64,000 bases of DNA from Nemertoderma westbladi (lineage: Eukaryota; Animalia; Xenacoelomorpha): assembly GCA_032718475.1 (NCBI GenBank), contig JAUCBJ010006913.1:1-64000 (forward strand), written 5' to 3'. This document shows, piece by piece, positions 54,026 to 64,000 of this stretch. The stretch's first letter is position 1; each line of letters begins with the position of its first letter. Below the pieces are notes generated by a model, which was not told where the DNA came from, did not search any database, and saw only the letters and a program-made list of their open reading frames with translations. The translations under genes and the position numbers were made by a program.

Positions 54026-56998
54026 TTACGTTATGGAGTCCCTAGATGTTTGAAGGATTAGGGAGGTGGTCGTGGGAAGAGAATCTTGCCTTCCACAGTT
54101 TCCGGAGAGTCCTCCATTCCCTTCCGATAAACACAAACGACCGACTGGGTGATTGAGTCGCTGCATCCTGAATACAATTCCAGGTTTCCTCTTCGTCCTG
54201 GAATAGTGACGATAGAAACATCGCTCAAAGTATATGACGGCGTCACAAAGCCGATTCCAGGAGCTATAGTGGTCCGTCGCTCTCTGCAGGAGAGGTGAGA
54301 GTCTCTGCGAGACGTCTGATGTTCCAGAGCTCCAATCGCTCTCTCTGATCTTCATGAAGGATCCACTCGCGGTGGGGAGGCCCAGATCCACGGCGTCGTC
54401 CCTGGCAACATGTAATACCGACAGATCTATCCCGGGTTCAAATAACTCCGATCCACACGTCCGGGTTTCAGGTTCGACTTTCTCCGCTCCCTTGGCTGGT
54501 ATAATCTCAGTCGGAGTAAGATGGGGAGGCCATTCATTCTCCTTACTCAGGAAGTCGGGTTCACCTAATCGGTCTGTAGTATCTGTCAGTTCTTGAGGAG
54601 TTGCTCCTCTGGAAGCGATGTCAATTGGATTAAACTTCTTGGGGCAATATCTCCATTGATCTACATTGGAGCTAAGATTGTCATTATCTGAGGAGTGTGG
54701 TGTTCCCTCAGTTGGGTCGTCTCCCTCACTAGTATCATCTTCCCATTCACTCACCTGGCAGACGCGATCTTGAAGCAGTCTTTCCCTGAGCGTTCTACGG
54801 GAAGGTCCAGTAAGGTACCAACCTACTCTAGTTCTTACCGCATAGGTCTGTAGTGGCTGCGGTTGAGCAGGTCGTTTCTCTAATGTCTCCAGCGCCTCAT
54901 GCGCGTTTTGGCCGATGAGTATTTGCACTCCAGGATAATCAGTCTGGAATCGAGGTATGTTAAGATGTTGGATGCTCTCATCCTCGTCCCAATTATAAAG
55001 GTCTGCTTGAGTAGTAGCGAAGTTCTTTATAGCCACCATTTTCACTGACCTTATGCTGTGTTCTCCTAGTTCGTCTTGTGGGGTGGACAACGCGCCTACA
55101 TAATAATCAGCTGTTATTGTAGATTTCCAAACTTGCATAATGCCAGACATGTTGAGCTTAGTTTGGAACTTGGGCTGTCCAGCAAATATATCTTCGGCTA
55201 GCTCTTTATCGATGAATGTTCCTGTGCTGCCGGAGTCCAGGAGGGCGTTCACTACATAACTCCGTTTAGGTCCGTGCACCCTTACTTGCACCACAGGAAA
55301 CTCTCGGATCCCTACATTGGAAGTTGGCGCTTTCCAAGATGGTTGTTGATCGGAAGTAGTTAAGGTAAGGTCGCTGTCTGTGTCTTTCTCATGTACGAGT
55401 GCTCGATACACTGCGGTGGTGTTTATTAGGTAACAGGATTCGTTTTGGTCGGAGAACTCGTCCGTATAGAATCCTTCCATCTCAGATTGATCAGTGTCGT
55501 TCACATCACTGAATTGGACATGTAGTTCGGACTCACTTACCTGACTCGGGCTGTTTCGTTCGAATTCCGTGTGCAACAAGATATGATGTTTTGCGCCGCA
55601 CTTTGCACACCTTGCGTCGGAGTTACAGGTTCGCCGTTGGTGTCCTCGTCTGAGGCAATTATAACACAACCGCTTATCCCACATGACTTCACGTCTATCC
55701 TTTAGTGATTTCCTCAGGAATTTATCACACGCATTTAAACGGTGGGGCCCGTCGCACAGCACACATTTCGGCTTGATGTTACTGACTTTAACCTGTGCTA
55801 TGTGGTGCACACTTGTTCTTTCCTCGGGCTTTCTCACCTGAATTCTTTTAGGAGACGTAGGAAGGGTTTTTTGTACCGGTTCCCTTCTGTCATTGGGTCG
55901 AGACTCGGATTTACTTACCTGATCTTTAGGCATTTTATTGACATAATAAGATCTGTCAGTGTCTTTCCCGCTGTCCTCTCCTTGAGAAGTTTGGCTTTCA
56001 CCATCGTCGGTATAACATACTGGTGTTACCCTTCTCTTAGAAACGGGTTTCTCACTTACCTTGTTTTCCAATGTCTTCTCTCTGGACTGCCTTAGGAGCT
56101 GTAATTTCACTTCTCTATCTAAGAATGACATGAGATCAGTCATGGTAGGGTCTCGTCGTTGTTGTTCCATCATATATAACACCTTCTTATCCCAGCGTGT
56201 ACCTACTCCACCCTTGGGCAAAGTAGATGCTAAGGCTCCTACAACCATAGAATTCTGGTATTCATGAGACTTACCTAACCAATCTAGTTGTCTACAGATC
56301 TCCTGAATCTCATCGGAAAACTCTATAATCCCGCTGCTAAGAAACTTTCGGGGCGCCATTAATTTCGCATATAAATACCTAGCTATGTTAGTCCTATTAC
56401 CATACCTGATGTTTAGTGTATCCCAAACTTGTCTTAATCCATCTGGATGTCCAATAAATTTTAACGCCATTGACTTGGGAGGTCCTTCCAAGCACTCGAT
56501 GAGGAATCTAAGTTTCTCTCCATTAGATAGTACAGAGTTCTGTATGTTATCTTTGTAATATTCATTAAAAGGTAACCATTTCATCTCATCTCCATTGAAC
56601 TTGACGATCTCTCCCACCTTCACCGCTTGCCGGGCTTCGGTTCTAGCCATTTGACGCGTAAAACTTTCTTGGGCCATCGTGTTATTTAATATCGAATTAT
56701 CGGTATATAAATTTCTCGGATTATGATCAGTTCTATAGGGAATATCATTATCAACAGGTCTATAATTACCCTTAATAGGGTTCACTATAGGAGTTTCTAC
56801 TTCGCTAGCAGTATAGATGCGTGTAGGCTCCACACCTTGCGCATGAGATACTTCAGACCTAACGGGTTGACACATTGTTACAGAGGGTGGTGGTATACCC
56901 TTTTTTAAGTTTACTAATTTATCGCGTTCTAACGCGATACTTTGCTGCACTTCTTGCACGCTTACGTCCTTCTGGGCTCCTCCCCGAGGCGCACCCAC
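54026..56998 (-). CDS. BEL/Pao Gag-protease ORF with internally deleted pol (no RT, no integrase core)
   Basis: Gag core KFNGDEMKWLPF...EKLRFLIECLEG; CVLCDGPH / CYNCLRRGH / CAKCGAKHHILLH knuckles; ALLDSGS protease; GWYLTGP followed closely by QWRYCPKKFNPIDIASRG and HPVGRLCL. Start codon uncertain (GTG). Confidence 0.88.
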   Translation of the reverse strand: MGAPRGGAQKDVSVQEVQQSIALERDKLVNLKKGIPPPSVTMCQPVRSEVSHAQGVEPTRIYTASEVETPIVNPIKGNYRPVDNDIPYRTDHNPRNLYTDNSILNNTMAQESFTRQMARTEARQAVKVGEIVKFNGDEMKWLPFNEYYKDNIQNSVLSNGEKLRFLIECLEGPPKSMALKFIGHPDGLRQVWDTLNIRYGNRTNIARYLYAKLMAPRKFLSSGIIEFSDEIQEICRQLDWLGKSHEYQNSMVVGALASTLPKGGVGTRWDKKVLYMMEQQRRDPTMTDLMSFLDREVKLQLLRQSREKTLENKVSEKPVSKRRVTPVCYTDDGESQTSQGEDSGKDTDRSYYVNKMPKDQVSKSESRPNDRREPVQKTLPTSPKRIQVRKPEERTSVHHIAQVKVSNIKPKCVLCDGPHRLNACDKFLRKSLKDRREVMWDKRLCYNCLRRGHQRRTCNSDARCAKCGAKHHILLHTEFERNSPSQVSESELHVQFSDVNDTDQSEMEGFYTDEFSDQNESCYLINTTAVYRALVHEKDTDSDLTLTTSDQQPSWKAPTSNVGIREFPVVQVRVHGPKRSYVVNALLDSGSTGTFIDKELAEDIFAGQPKFQTKLNMSGIMQVWKSTITADYYVGALSTPQDELGEHSIRSVKMVAIKNFATTQADLYNWDEDESIQHLNIPRFQTDYPGVQILIGQNAHEALETLEKRPAQPQPLQTYAVRTRVGWYLTGPSRRTLRERLLQDRVCQVSEWEDDTSEGDDPTEGTPHSSDNDNLSSNVDQWRYCPKKFNPIDIASRGATPQELTDTTDRLGEPDFLSKENEWPPHLTPTEIIPAKGAEKVEPETRTCGSELFEPGIDLSVLHVARDDAVDLGLPTASGSFMKIRESDWSSGTSDVSQRLSPLLQRATDHYSSWNRLCDAVIYFERCFYRHYSRTKRKPGIVFRMQRLNHPVGRLCLSEGNGGLSGNCGRQDSLPTTTSLILQTSRDSIT

Positions 56999-58222
56999 AA
57001 GGCGGACGCTTTTCCACTACCCTTGGGGCCAGTCCGACTCCGTTTTTATCAGACCGGGCCGGAGGGTAACCCGATGCTTCCCGGGTTCAATTTTCAATCC
57101 CCCGATCACACCGGCACAGCTCGTCGTGTGTAGCCGAACGGCGGATCAAAGTTCGCCTACTGTCAACTTACTGTGGCCTGACTGTACATTGAGCCAACTC
57201 AGAGAGTCAACCGGCGGGTGGACCAGTCGATAGCGATCGAGCATCAAGGTCGCCCTTGAGCCAAACCGACGGTCTTGTCCCATGTGGGCTTGCGCTACCC
57301 AGCATGGAATATTGACCGTTTTCACCTGCCTCGCCGGCAGTATTGAGGGGAAGTCGGTTCCACCAACAATACTGACTAGCTTAAAGCTAAGCTAAGAACA
57401 AGTCACCACTTACCAGTCACTGTACACATGTACTCAATAGATGCTCACGAAATCGAGTACACTACGGTAGACACAAAATCGGACACATACCATGCACACA
57501 CAGAAGACATAATCGGGAATAGACGAAATCGGGGACAAAATCAGAGGGGACAAAAATTGTATCGACTGTTAAAGAGTCGAGAGTACCTTATTTTGCCGTC
57601 AGGGCAAAATAACTTTGTGTGCACAAAGTATGCTGGGGTGCAGTAAAGATATGGTCCTACTAATAACCGGCGGCGACTGAACCAACCGGCAAGGTTTCCC
57701 ACACTCACTCGCAGTGGCCATACACACACTCACGTATACCACGTACACACACAAACCACAGATTCCAGAGTATCATTCACTCGGACCACACTACAACACT
57801 AACCCCTCCTTGCAGCCGATATTCCGGGTGCCACCTCCATTCCAATAGTAGTACCAACAGAATCATCAGAACGTGTCCATTCCGATGCAACACCTCCATT
57901 CCAATAGTGCTACCCTGGGAAAAAACACGTTTTGGCAACCGATCGGAGACAGTACAGAGTCTGGTCAACTCATACATACCAAACATAGACCTACCACATA
58001 AACCACATAAACCACAGATCACACTAAGCCACCACCCCTACTGTGTACAGGACTGGCAGTACGGCAACAGGCCGACTAGACGGTACCACGGCACCATGTT
58101 AATTCATGGTTCGCAAGACACGAGGGCCTTCAGTAACTCCCCTGCACTATAGTAAGGATTTAACGTGCCCCCAGACCCTCACGAGTCCGCCGCCGCCTGT
58201 TTAGAGCACCCCTATAGAGACC

Positions 58223-59515
58223 TCACCTCCTTAGGCACTCTAACTTACTTTCCCTCACTGTTCCTTTTAAATGTTGGACAGTCCCTTCCAACTCTCGGAC
58301 CTGTTGGGAAGAGCGTATCCAATTCTCCTTCATCTCTCCTAGGAGAATATCCATCCCCCGCCGTCTCTCGTCTACCCAATCAACCGCCGAAACGGGATCC
58401 GCCAACGTCGTAGCGGGCAAACGAGGGACAACGGGTGACAAATTTGGAATATTTCGCTCGGGGTCCAGGACCTGAACTGTCTCCTGGGCAGTTCTACGGG
58501 GCACAGGTAGCTTAGTGCTATGCAGAGGGAATTTATAGGTAGCTTCAGGGAGCACAGGTGTATCTATTACCGAAGGGGTGATTTCAAGAACAGGCCTACT
58601 TATTTCAGGCTCATCTACTATAGTAGGGAGTCTTTCTATTTTAATTATTTGGTCTGTGGGTTCTGTACTCTCTAAGTTGGTGTTATTTAGTTGCCTTCTA
58701 ACAGCTGGAGGCAAATCAGGCAATTTCTGACGGTGGAATGTTCTTTTACGTCTGCTTAGGCGGGATCGATTTGCTCCGCCTTCAGTGTCGGTGGTATCGC
58801 CTTCCTCAGATGATGTATAACCTTGTCGTTTGGGAGTAGATCGATTCATCATCTGCATATTACTAGCTGTTAACTGTTTATTAAAGTTATCTTGCCTCTC
58901 TTGAAGATTTTCCAACTCTAGTTGGGTTGTCTCTTCAGATGCCCTCCGTTCTGCTTCTGCCACTGCTATCTTTCTTTCCGCTTCTGCCGCTGCCGCTTTC
59001 CTTTCCGCTTCTACGGCTGCAGCTGCCGCTTTTGCCTCTGCCGCTGCCGCTTTCCTTTCCGCTTCTACGGCTGCAGCTGCCGCTTTTGCCTCTGCCGCTG
59101 CCGCTTTCCTTTCCGCTTCTACGGCTGCAGCTGCCGCTTTTGCCTCTGCCGCTGCCTCTGCTGCCTTTCTTTCCGCTTCTGCCGCTGCCACTGCCGCTGC
59201 TGCTGTCTTTCTATCTTCTATACGTTTTTTCCTTACTTGTTCTTCCTTTTCTCTAGCGATGCGGAGTTGTTCATCGAATTTAGCTTGGTTCGCCGCTAAC
59301 CTATCCACATCAATCGCATCTAACACAAGTTTGGCTCCTTCGCTATTAGGGCTAAGTCCCTCTAGCCTTCTCCTCAACTCTTCATCTCCTAAAAAACGCT
59401 GATAGTCTGACAGATAGATGTCAATGGCATCCCTCTTATGCGGTTTCTCTGCTGTCACTTCGCTCTCGGTTGTATCTAGTAGACTGTCTGACAGGTTCTG
59501 CTTTGCGTCAGACAT
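58223..59515 (-). CDS. Upstream 430-aa ORF of the LTR element, coiled-coil-like with Ala-rich 18-aa repeats (probable gag N-terminal part or ORF0)
   Basis: ATG-initiated long ORF, same strand as gag; EAKAAAAAVEAERKAAAA x3. Confidence 0.7.
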   Translation of the reverse strand: MSDAKQNLSDSLLDTTESEVTAEKPHKRDAIDIYLSDYQRFLGDEELRRRLEGLSPNSEGAKLVLDAIDVDRLAANQAKFDEQLRIAREKEEQVRKKRIEDRKTAAAAVAAAEAERKAAEAAAEAKAAAAAVEAERKAAAAEAKAAAAAVEAERKAAAAEAKAAAAAVEAERKAAAAEAERKIAVAEAERRASEETTQLELENLQERQDNFNKQLTASNMQMMNRSTPKRQGYTSSEEGDTTDTEGGANRSRLSRRKRTFHRQKLPDLPPAVRRQLNNTNLESTEPTDQIIKIERLPTIVDEPEISRPVLEITPSVIDTPVLPEATYKFPLHSTKLPVPRRTAQETVQVLDPERNIPNLSPVVPRLPATTLADPVSAVDWVDERRRGMDILLGEMKENWIRSSQQVRELEGTVQHLKGTVRESKLECLRR

Positions 59516-59599
59516 GCTTATGTGTACAGTTGAATGTCTACTGCTGTATTACAGTCTGAGCAAGTCTAGTAACTCAGTATTAACTGCTAGCCTAGTAAT

Positions 59600-60020
59600 T
59601 AATTACCGATACTGCTACTCAGTGTAGCGTGATATATATATAATATATTAAAATACCGGTATGCTTATAGTATATATAAGTATTATTACAGACTAGGTTT
59701 ATCTCAGAATACCAGTATAATTTTAGCACAAATATATATAAATATATAATAGGCCTATCGGGAATACCGGTATACAGCTTACGGTTTGTAGTATATATAG
59801 TTCTGGACTAGAATTAATTACAAGTACCGGTATAATTTCAGCCTAAATTTATAGAAATAAAGATAATAGGCCTATCGTAAATACCGGTATGCAGTTTACA
59901 CTTATAGTATATATATATAAGTATAATTACAAACTAGAATTAATTACAGAATACCGGTATGATTTCAACCCAAAATTTATAAAAATAAATATAATAAGCC
60001 TATTGTAAATACCGGTATAT
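59600..60020. repeat. Degenerate AT-rich tandem repeats carrying the ATACCGGTAT palindrome in the LTR-element leader
   Basis: ataccggtat recurs at ~60-bp spacing with tagaattaattaca and aataggcctat blocks. Confidence 0.7.
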
Positions 60021-61009
60021 CAATTATTTTAAATAACTGAATTTCTGAATTTTAATGGTTACTTGGTTACTTTAACTTACTTTATTGCCGTTATTTAAGC
60101 AGTAGTCCAACTGATATTGAGACCTAATTGTTGTATGGCAGGCCTACTATTTATAAATCGTTTAGTTGATTTATAATATATATATACCCGTTTTAATGGG
60201 TTTTGTCAATGTTGAAATAAATGTTATTATTTCTGGGGAGTAATCACTACACAAAGCGGTGCGCTTTCAGTGAAGTGTTACTTATAGGACACTAAAACAA
60301 ATAATGCTAATTTACCTAAGTTACTTAATACTACAAATTACGTACAATTCGGGTGAGATTACAATCTCTAAATAAACATAAAATTTACAAAACACAAAAT
60401 ACGAATTTTTAGGGTAATTTTACAAGAAGTCTACAAACCAGCCTAACAAAGGGTTAGAATTCTGGTTATTACAACGGACAGGGTACTACGGTATTTGAAA
60501 TAATAAGTAGTAGTAAATACACTGCGTTGTCCAGATAGAAAAATACCACCGCCTGACGACCTATAGCCGTATCGCTATAGGTTCTACGTTATGTATCACG
60601 GAGTGTTCCTACCTAGAAGTTAATAGAGCTAATCGAACGTGCCTATCAACCACTTTACAACACAAATATAATGTCTACACTAATTACTTCGGAAAGTACT
60701 GTACACTAAACCCTAAATTAGGTACGAGTACTTGTACAACAGATAATCAGTAGTTAAATATACTTGAACAGCTAAAAGAACCGCGGCATCTGCTGGAGTG
60801 ACCGATGCACAAAATCACCAGTCTTTACCTACGCCAAGCAGCCCGTGTAGTACCGGGGTTAATTTAACTATAGCGGTATGTATAACAAACACAATTACTG
60901 TAGGAACAAACTTGGGGAATGAATGTTGCGGATAATCGCATAAACTCTGAATAATAAATATTACGCTATGCGTACAAACTACTCAAACAAAATGCAGACC
61001 GAACACTGA

Positions 61010-61520
61010 CAGACTACTATCAAGCCTAAACAAACTACAGGACATGCAGACTCCGAAATGATTAGGGAGTATGCGTTCTAACCCAGTAGTACGACTTATT
61101 CTTTAGTTGGGGGTTTACCTTACAGCGTTCGCTGCCCCTACTTCCTAACCGTACTTAATCGGACAAGTGATCTACACACGCTGCAATCCGTTCAGACCTA
61201 ATAACAGCCAGACAACTATCCAGCCTACAAATTATCTAAATAAAATTATACGCTACCCGTACAGACTTACACAAACAAAGTACAGACTAAACGATGGCAG
61301 ACTACTCTCAAGCCTAAATAAACTACAGGACATGCAGACTCCGAAATGATTAGGGAGTATGCGTTCTAACCCAGTAGTACGACTTATTCTTTAGTTGGGG
61401 GTTTACCTTACAGCGTTCGCTGCCCCTACTTCCTAACCGTACTTAATCGGACAAATGATCTACACACATTGCAATCCGTTCAGACTTAACAGCAATCAGA
61501 CAACAGCTCAGCCTACAAAT
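61010..61520. repeat. ~200-bp near-identical direct duplication (period ~290 bp) in the LTR-element leader
   Basis: aaactacaggacatgcagactccgaaatgattagggagtatgcg...gcaatccgttcagac occurs twice. Confidence 0.9.
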
Positions 61521-61699
61521 TGTCTGTACAATCTGATCAGGCTTACACGCCTTCTGTTCAATACTGGCCTACAAACAAATAAAACTGACAGAAATAAGTA
61601 AAATCTCAATAAAAAACCAGGGCGGCCGTTCCCTGATTAAGTATTAAGACCTACCGGTATACAACAATCAAATCGAATAATACTAATGTACTTATACGG

Positions 61700-61825
61700 G
61701 AAGTACCGGTTAGGACAGTTAGGCCTACGGACCTACAGAAGTACCGGTTCTGGCAGTTGGGCCTACTGACCTACGGCAGTACCGGTTCTGGCGGTTGGGC
61801 CTACTGACCTACAGATGTACCGTTC
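61700..61825. repeat. ~38-bp tandem repeat (agtaccggttctggcagttgggcctactgacctac..), about 3 copies, near the PBS position
   Basis: Read directly. Confidence 0.75.
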
Positions 61826-61880
61826 AGGTTTACCGGTTGACCGGTACTTTCAACTTTATTGCTTACTGCAACAAAGAAGC

Positions 61881-61892
61881 TATATCCTTTAA
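61881..61892 (-). other. Non-tRNA sequence at the primer-binding-site position (TTAAAGGATATA), complementary to LTR positions 62633-62644
   Basis: Abuts the CA end of the 5' LTR; no TGG; 12/12 inverted match inside the LTR. Confidence 0.65.
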
Positions 61893-63085
61893 TGTTCGCG
61901 CTTTCAGACCTATGGCAGTTTAACCCACCAAATTAAGATGTCTTCTAGATATTAAATCGGTTTTTAGTCTATGACAAGTATTTGATTCACTACACTAGTC
62001 GAAACCAATCTGTGCGCGATCATTCACCCGCTGGATATTCCCGGGAGATTGGGTTCGACGGTTTAATTTTATTGCTATGTAAGCCTAATGTATTATTCGA
62101 CTGACAGTATTATATAATCTCTGACAATATTATTCACCTTCGGGAATATTAACAGTTCCTTTAGGACGTGGCGCTTTATCTATATAAACAGAGTTATGAC
62201 TTAAACTACTCACAACAATATGGCTCAATTATAATTCACATATATGGCGCATTCTTTAGGAATTGCTTCTTTAACAGACTCACTCATACACAATGCTGCA
62301 CAATACTGCACACTAATCTGCCAATCTTCACTGATTTTAGTCACATATAAAAGGAACACAGACTGACTCATGTAGGGTCTATCAAATAACATTATATTCA
62401 ATTCAAACCACTTTAACATAAGTCACAATCGTTATTGGTAACCTTTCTCTCTTACCTTCGGTATATCAAGAATATTGGGTTTCGGGGTTATTTATCGTTA
62501 TTCCAAATATAATAATTCATCAACCATATTATGAAGAACTGACAGTAAATAGCAGTATAAAACAACAATGAAAACACTGATTGTTATGAGTTTGCAATGT
62601 TTCAGCAGTCAGTATGTATGATCAGTTAGCAGTTAAAGGATATATGTCTTTATAATTAAACCTACTAGTGTAAGACTAAAAACTGAAACACGGAGGTGCC
62701 AAAAGCCGGTTCTTAGGCTCTGGGCAAAAACATAACACTGAACTACTGAGTTTCTGTATATACCTCCAACACAGAGACAACAAACGCTCTGATTGGTCAA
62801 CCTGAACAACGAGAGAACAAAGAAACAAAGAAACGTCGACGTGGCAATATCAGCTGCTAGCCGACGTCATGGTAGCGACACTGTTTTCAAGAGTATCGAG
62901 CTTTTACGTCACGGAATTACGGATTATGTCCTCTAAAGTACAAATACAGAAGAAATAGCTTTTATGTCCGCTAAAACACCAGTACAGCAAGGACACGGCC
63001 TTTTTATGCCTGGTAAACCAACTACAGAGTATTTTACGGGAAAAATAAGGAAAAATAACCGGACAATTCAGCAAAAGCTTTTACA
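61893..63085 (-). repeat. 5' LTR
   Basis: Direct repeat of 49769-50961 with TG...CA termini. Confidence 0.97.
62730..62800 (-). promoter_or_regulatory. Putative LTR promoter: CCAAT box (62792-62796), TATA-like GTATATAC (62756-62763), downstream TCAGT Inr-like motifs
   Basis: Motif order and spacing on the minus strand; CCAAT is also retained in the diverged solo LTR (~17830). Confidence 0.4.
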
Positions 63086-64000
63086 TAGGCCTAGACCTAC
63101 AGTGTGTGTCAATATGTAAAATAGCACTTGGAGTAGGCCTAGAGATACAGTGTGTGCCAGTAAGTAAAATAGCACTTGGAGTAGGCCTAGACCTACAGTA
63201 TGTATCAATATGTAAAATAGCACTTGGAGTAGGCCTAGACATACAGTGTGTGCCAATATGTAAAATAGCACTTGGAGTAGGCATAGACCTACAGTGTGTG
63301 TCAATATGTAAAATAGCACTTGGAGTAGGCCTAGAGATACAGTGTGTGCCAGTAAGTAAAATAGCACTTGGAGTAGGCCTAGACCTACAGTGTGTGCCAA
63401 TATGTAAAAAAGCACTTGGAGTAGGCCTAGACCTACAGTGTGTGTCAATATGTAAAATAGCACTTGGAGTAGGCCTAGAGATACAGTGTGTGCCAGTAAG
63501 TAAAATAGCACTTGGAGTAGGCCTAGACCTACAGTGTGTGTCAATATGTAAAATAGCACTTGGAGTAGGCCTAGAGATACAGTGTGTGCCAGTAAGTAAA
63601 ATAGCACTTGGAGTAGGCCTAGACCTACAGTGTGTGTCAATATGTAAAATAGCACTGGGAGTAGGCCTAGATATACAGTGTATGCCAGTATGTAAAAAAG
63701 CACTTGGAGTAGGCCTAGACCTACAGTGTGTGTCAATATGTAAAATAGCACTTGGAGTAGGCCTAGAGATACAGTGTGTGCCAGTAAGTAAAATAGCACT
63801 TGGAGTAGGCCTAGACCTACAGTGTGTGTCAATATGTAAAATAGCACTTGGAGTAGGCCTAGAGATACAGTGTGTGCCAGTAAGTAAAATAGCACTTGGA
63901 GTAGGCCTAGACCTACAGTGTGTGTCAATATGTAAAATAGCACTTGGAGTAGGCCTAGAGATACAGTGTGTGCCAGTAAGTAAAATAGCACTTGGAGTAG
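63086..64000. repeat. 48-bp satellite with alternating A/B units (96-bp dimer), continuing past the window end
   Basis: ctagacctacagtgtgtgtcaatatgtaaaatagcacttggagtaggc alternates with ctagagatacagtgtgtgccagtaagtaaaatagcacttggagtaggc. Confidence 0.98.

Larger units (their letters stand above)
49769..63085 (-). mobile_element. BEL/Pao LTR retrotransposon, 13.3 kb, non-autonomous, very recent insertion
   Basis: TG...CA LTRs of 1193 bp; 5-bp TSD TAGGC (49764-49768 and 63086-63090); BEL-type triple Cys/His knuckle gag and DSG protease on the minus strand. Confidence 0.96.

Overview
Repeat-dense eukaryotic (probably invertebrate metazoan) DNA. It lies inside the very large introns of a + strand gene encoding tandem immunoglobulin I-set domains (perlecan/hemicentin-like); two splice-phase-compatible exons are visible, at 16254-16351 and 48832-49079. 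About 37 kb is tandem repeat with units of 30, 27, 87, 33 and 48 bp, and the giant ORFs in the track are translations of these arrays. Mobile elements: a 4.3-kb CRE-like non-LTR retrotransposon (CXC-like domain, RT, restriction-like endonuclease, one frameshift) inside the 87-bp array; two 5'-truncated RTE-like LINE copies with TSDs; a diverged solo LTR; a tRNA-derived sequence; and a very young 13.3-kb BEL/Pao LTR element (1193-bp LTRs, TAGGC TSD) that lacks RT and the integrase core. The most notable signal is that this BEL/Pao element has no tRNA-type primer-binding site. The 12 nt abutting its 5' LTR are instead perfectly complementary to a 12-mer inside its own LTR, which suggests Tf1-like self-primed reverse transcription.
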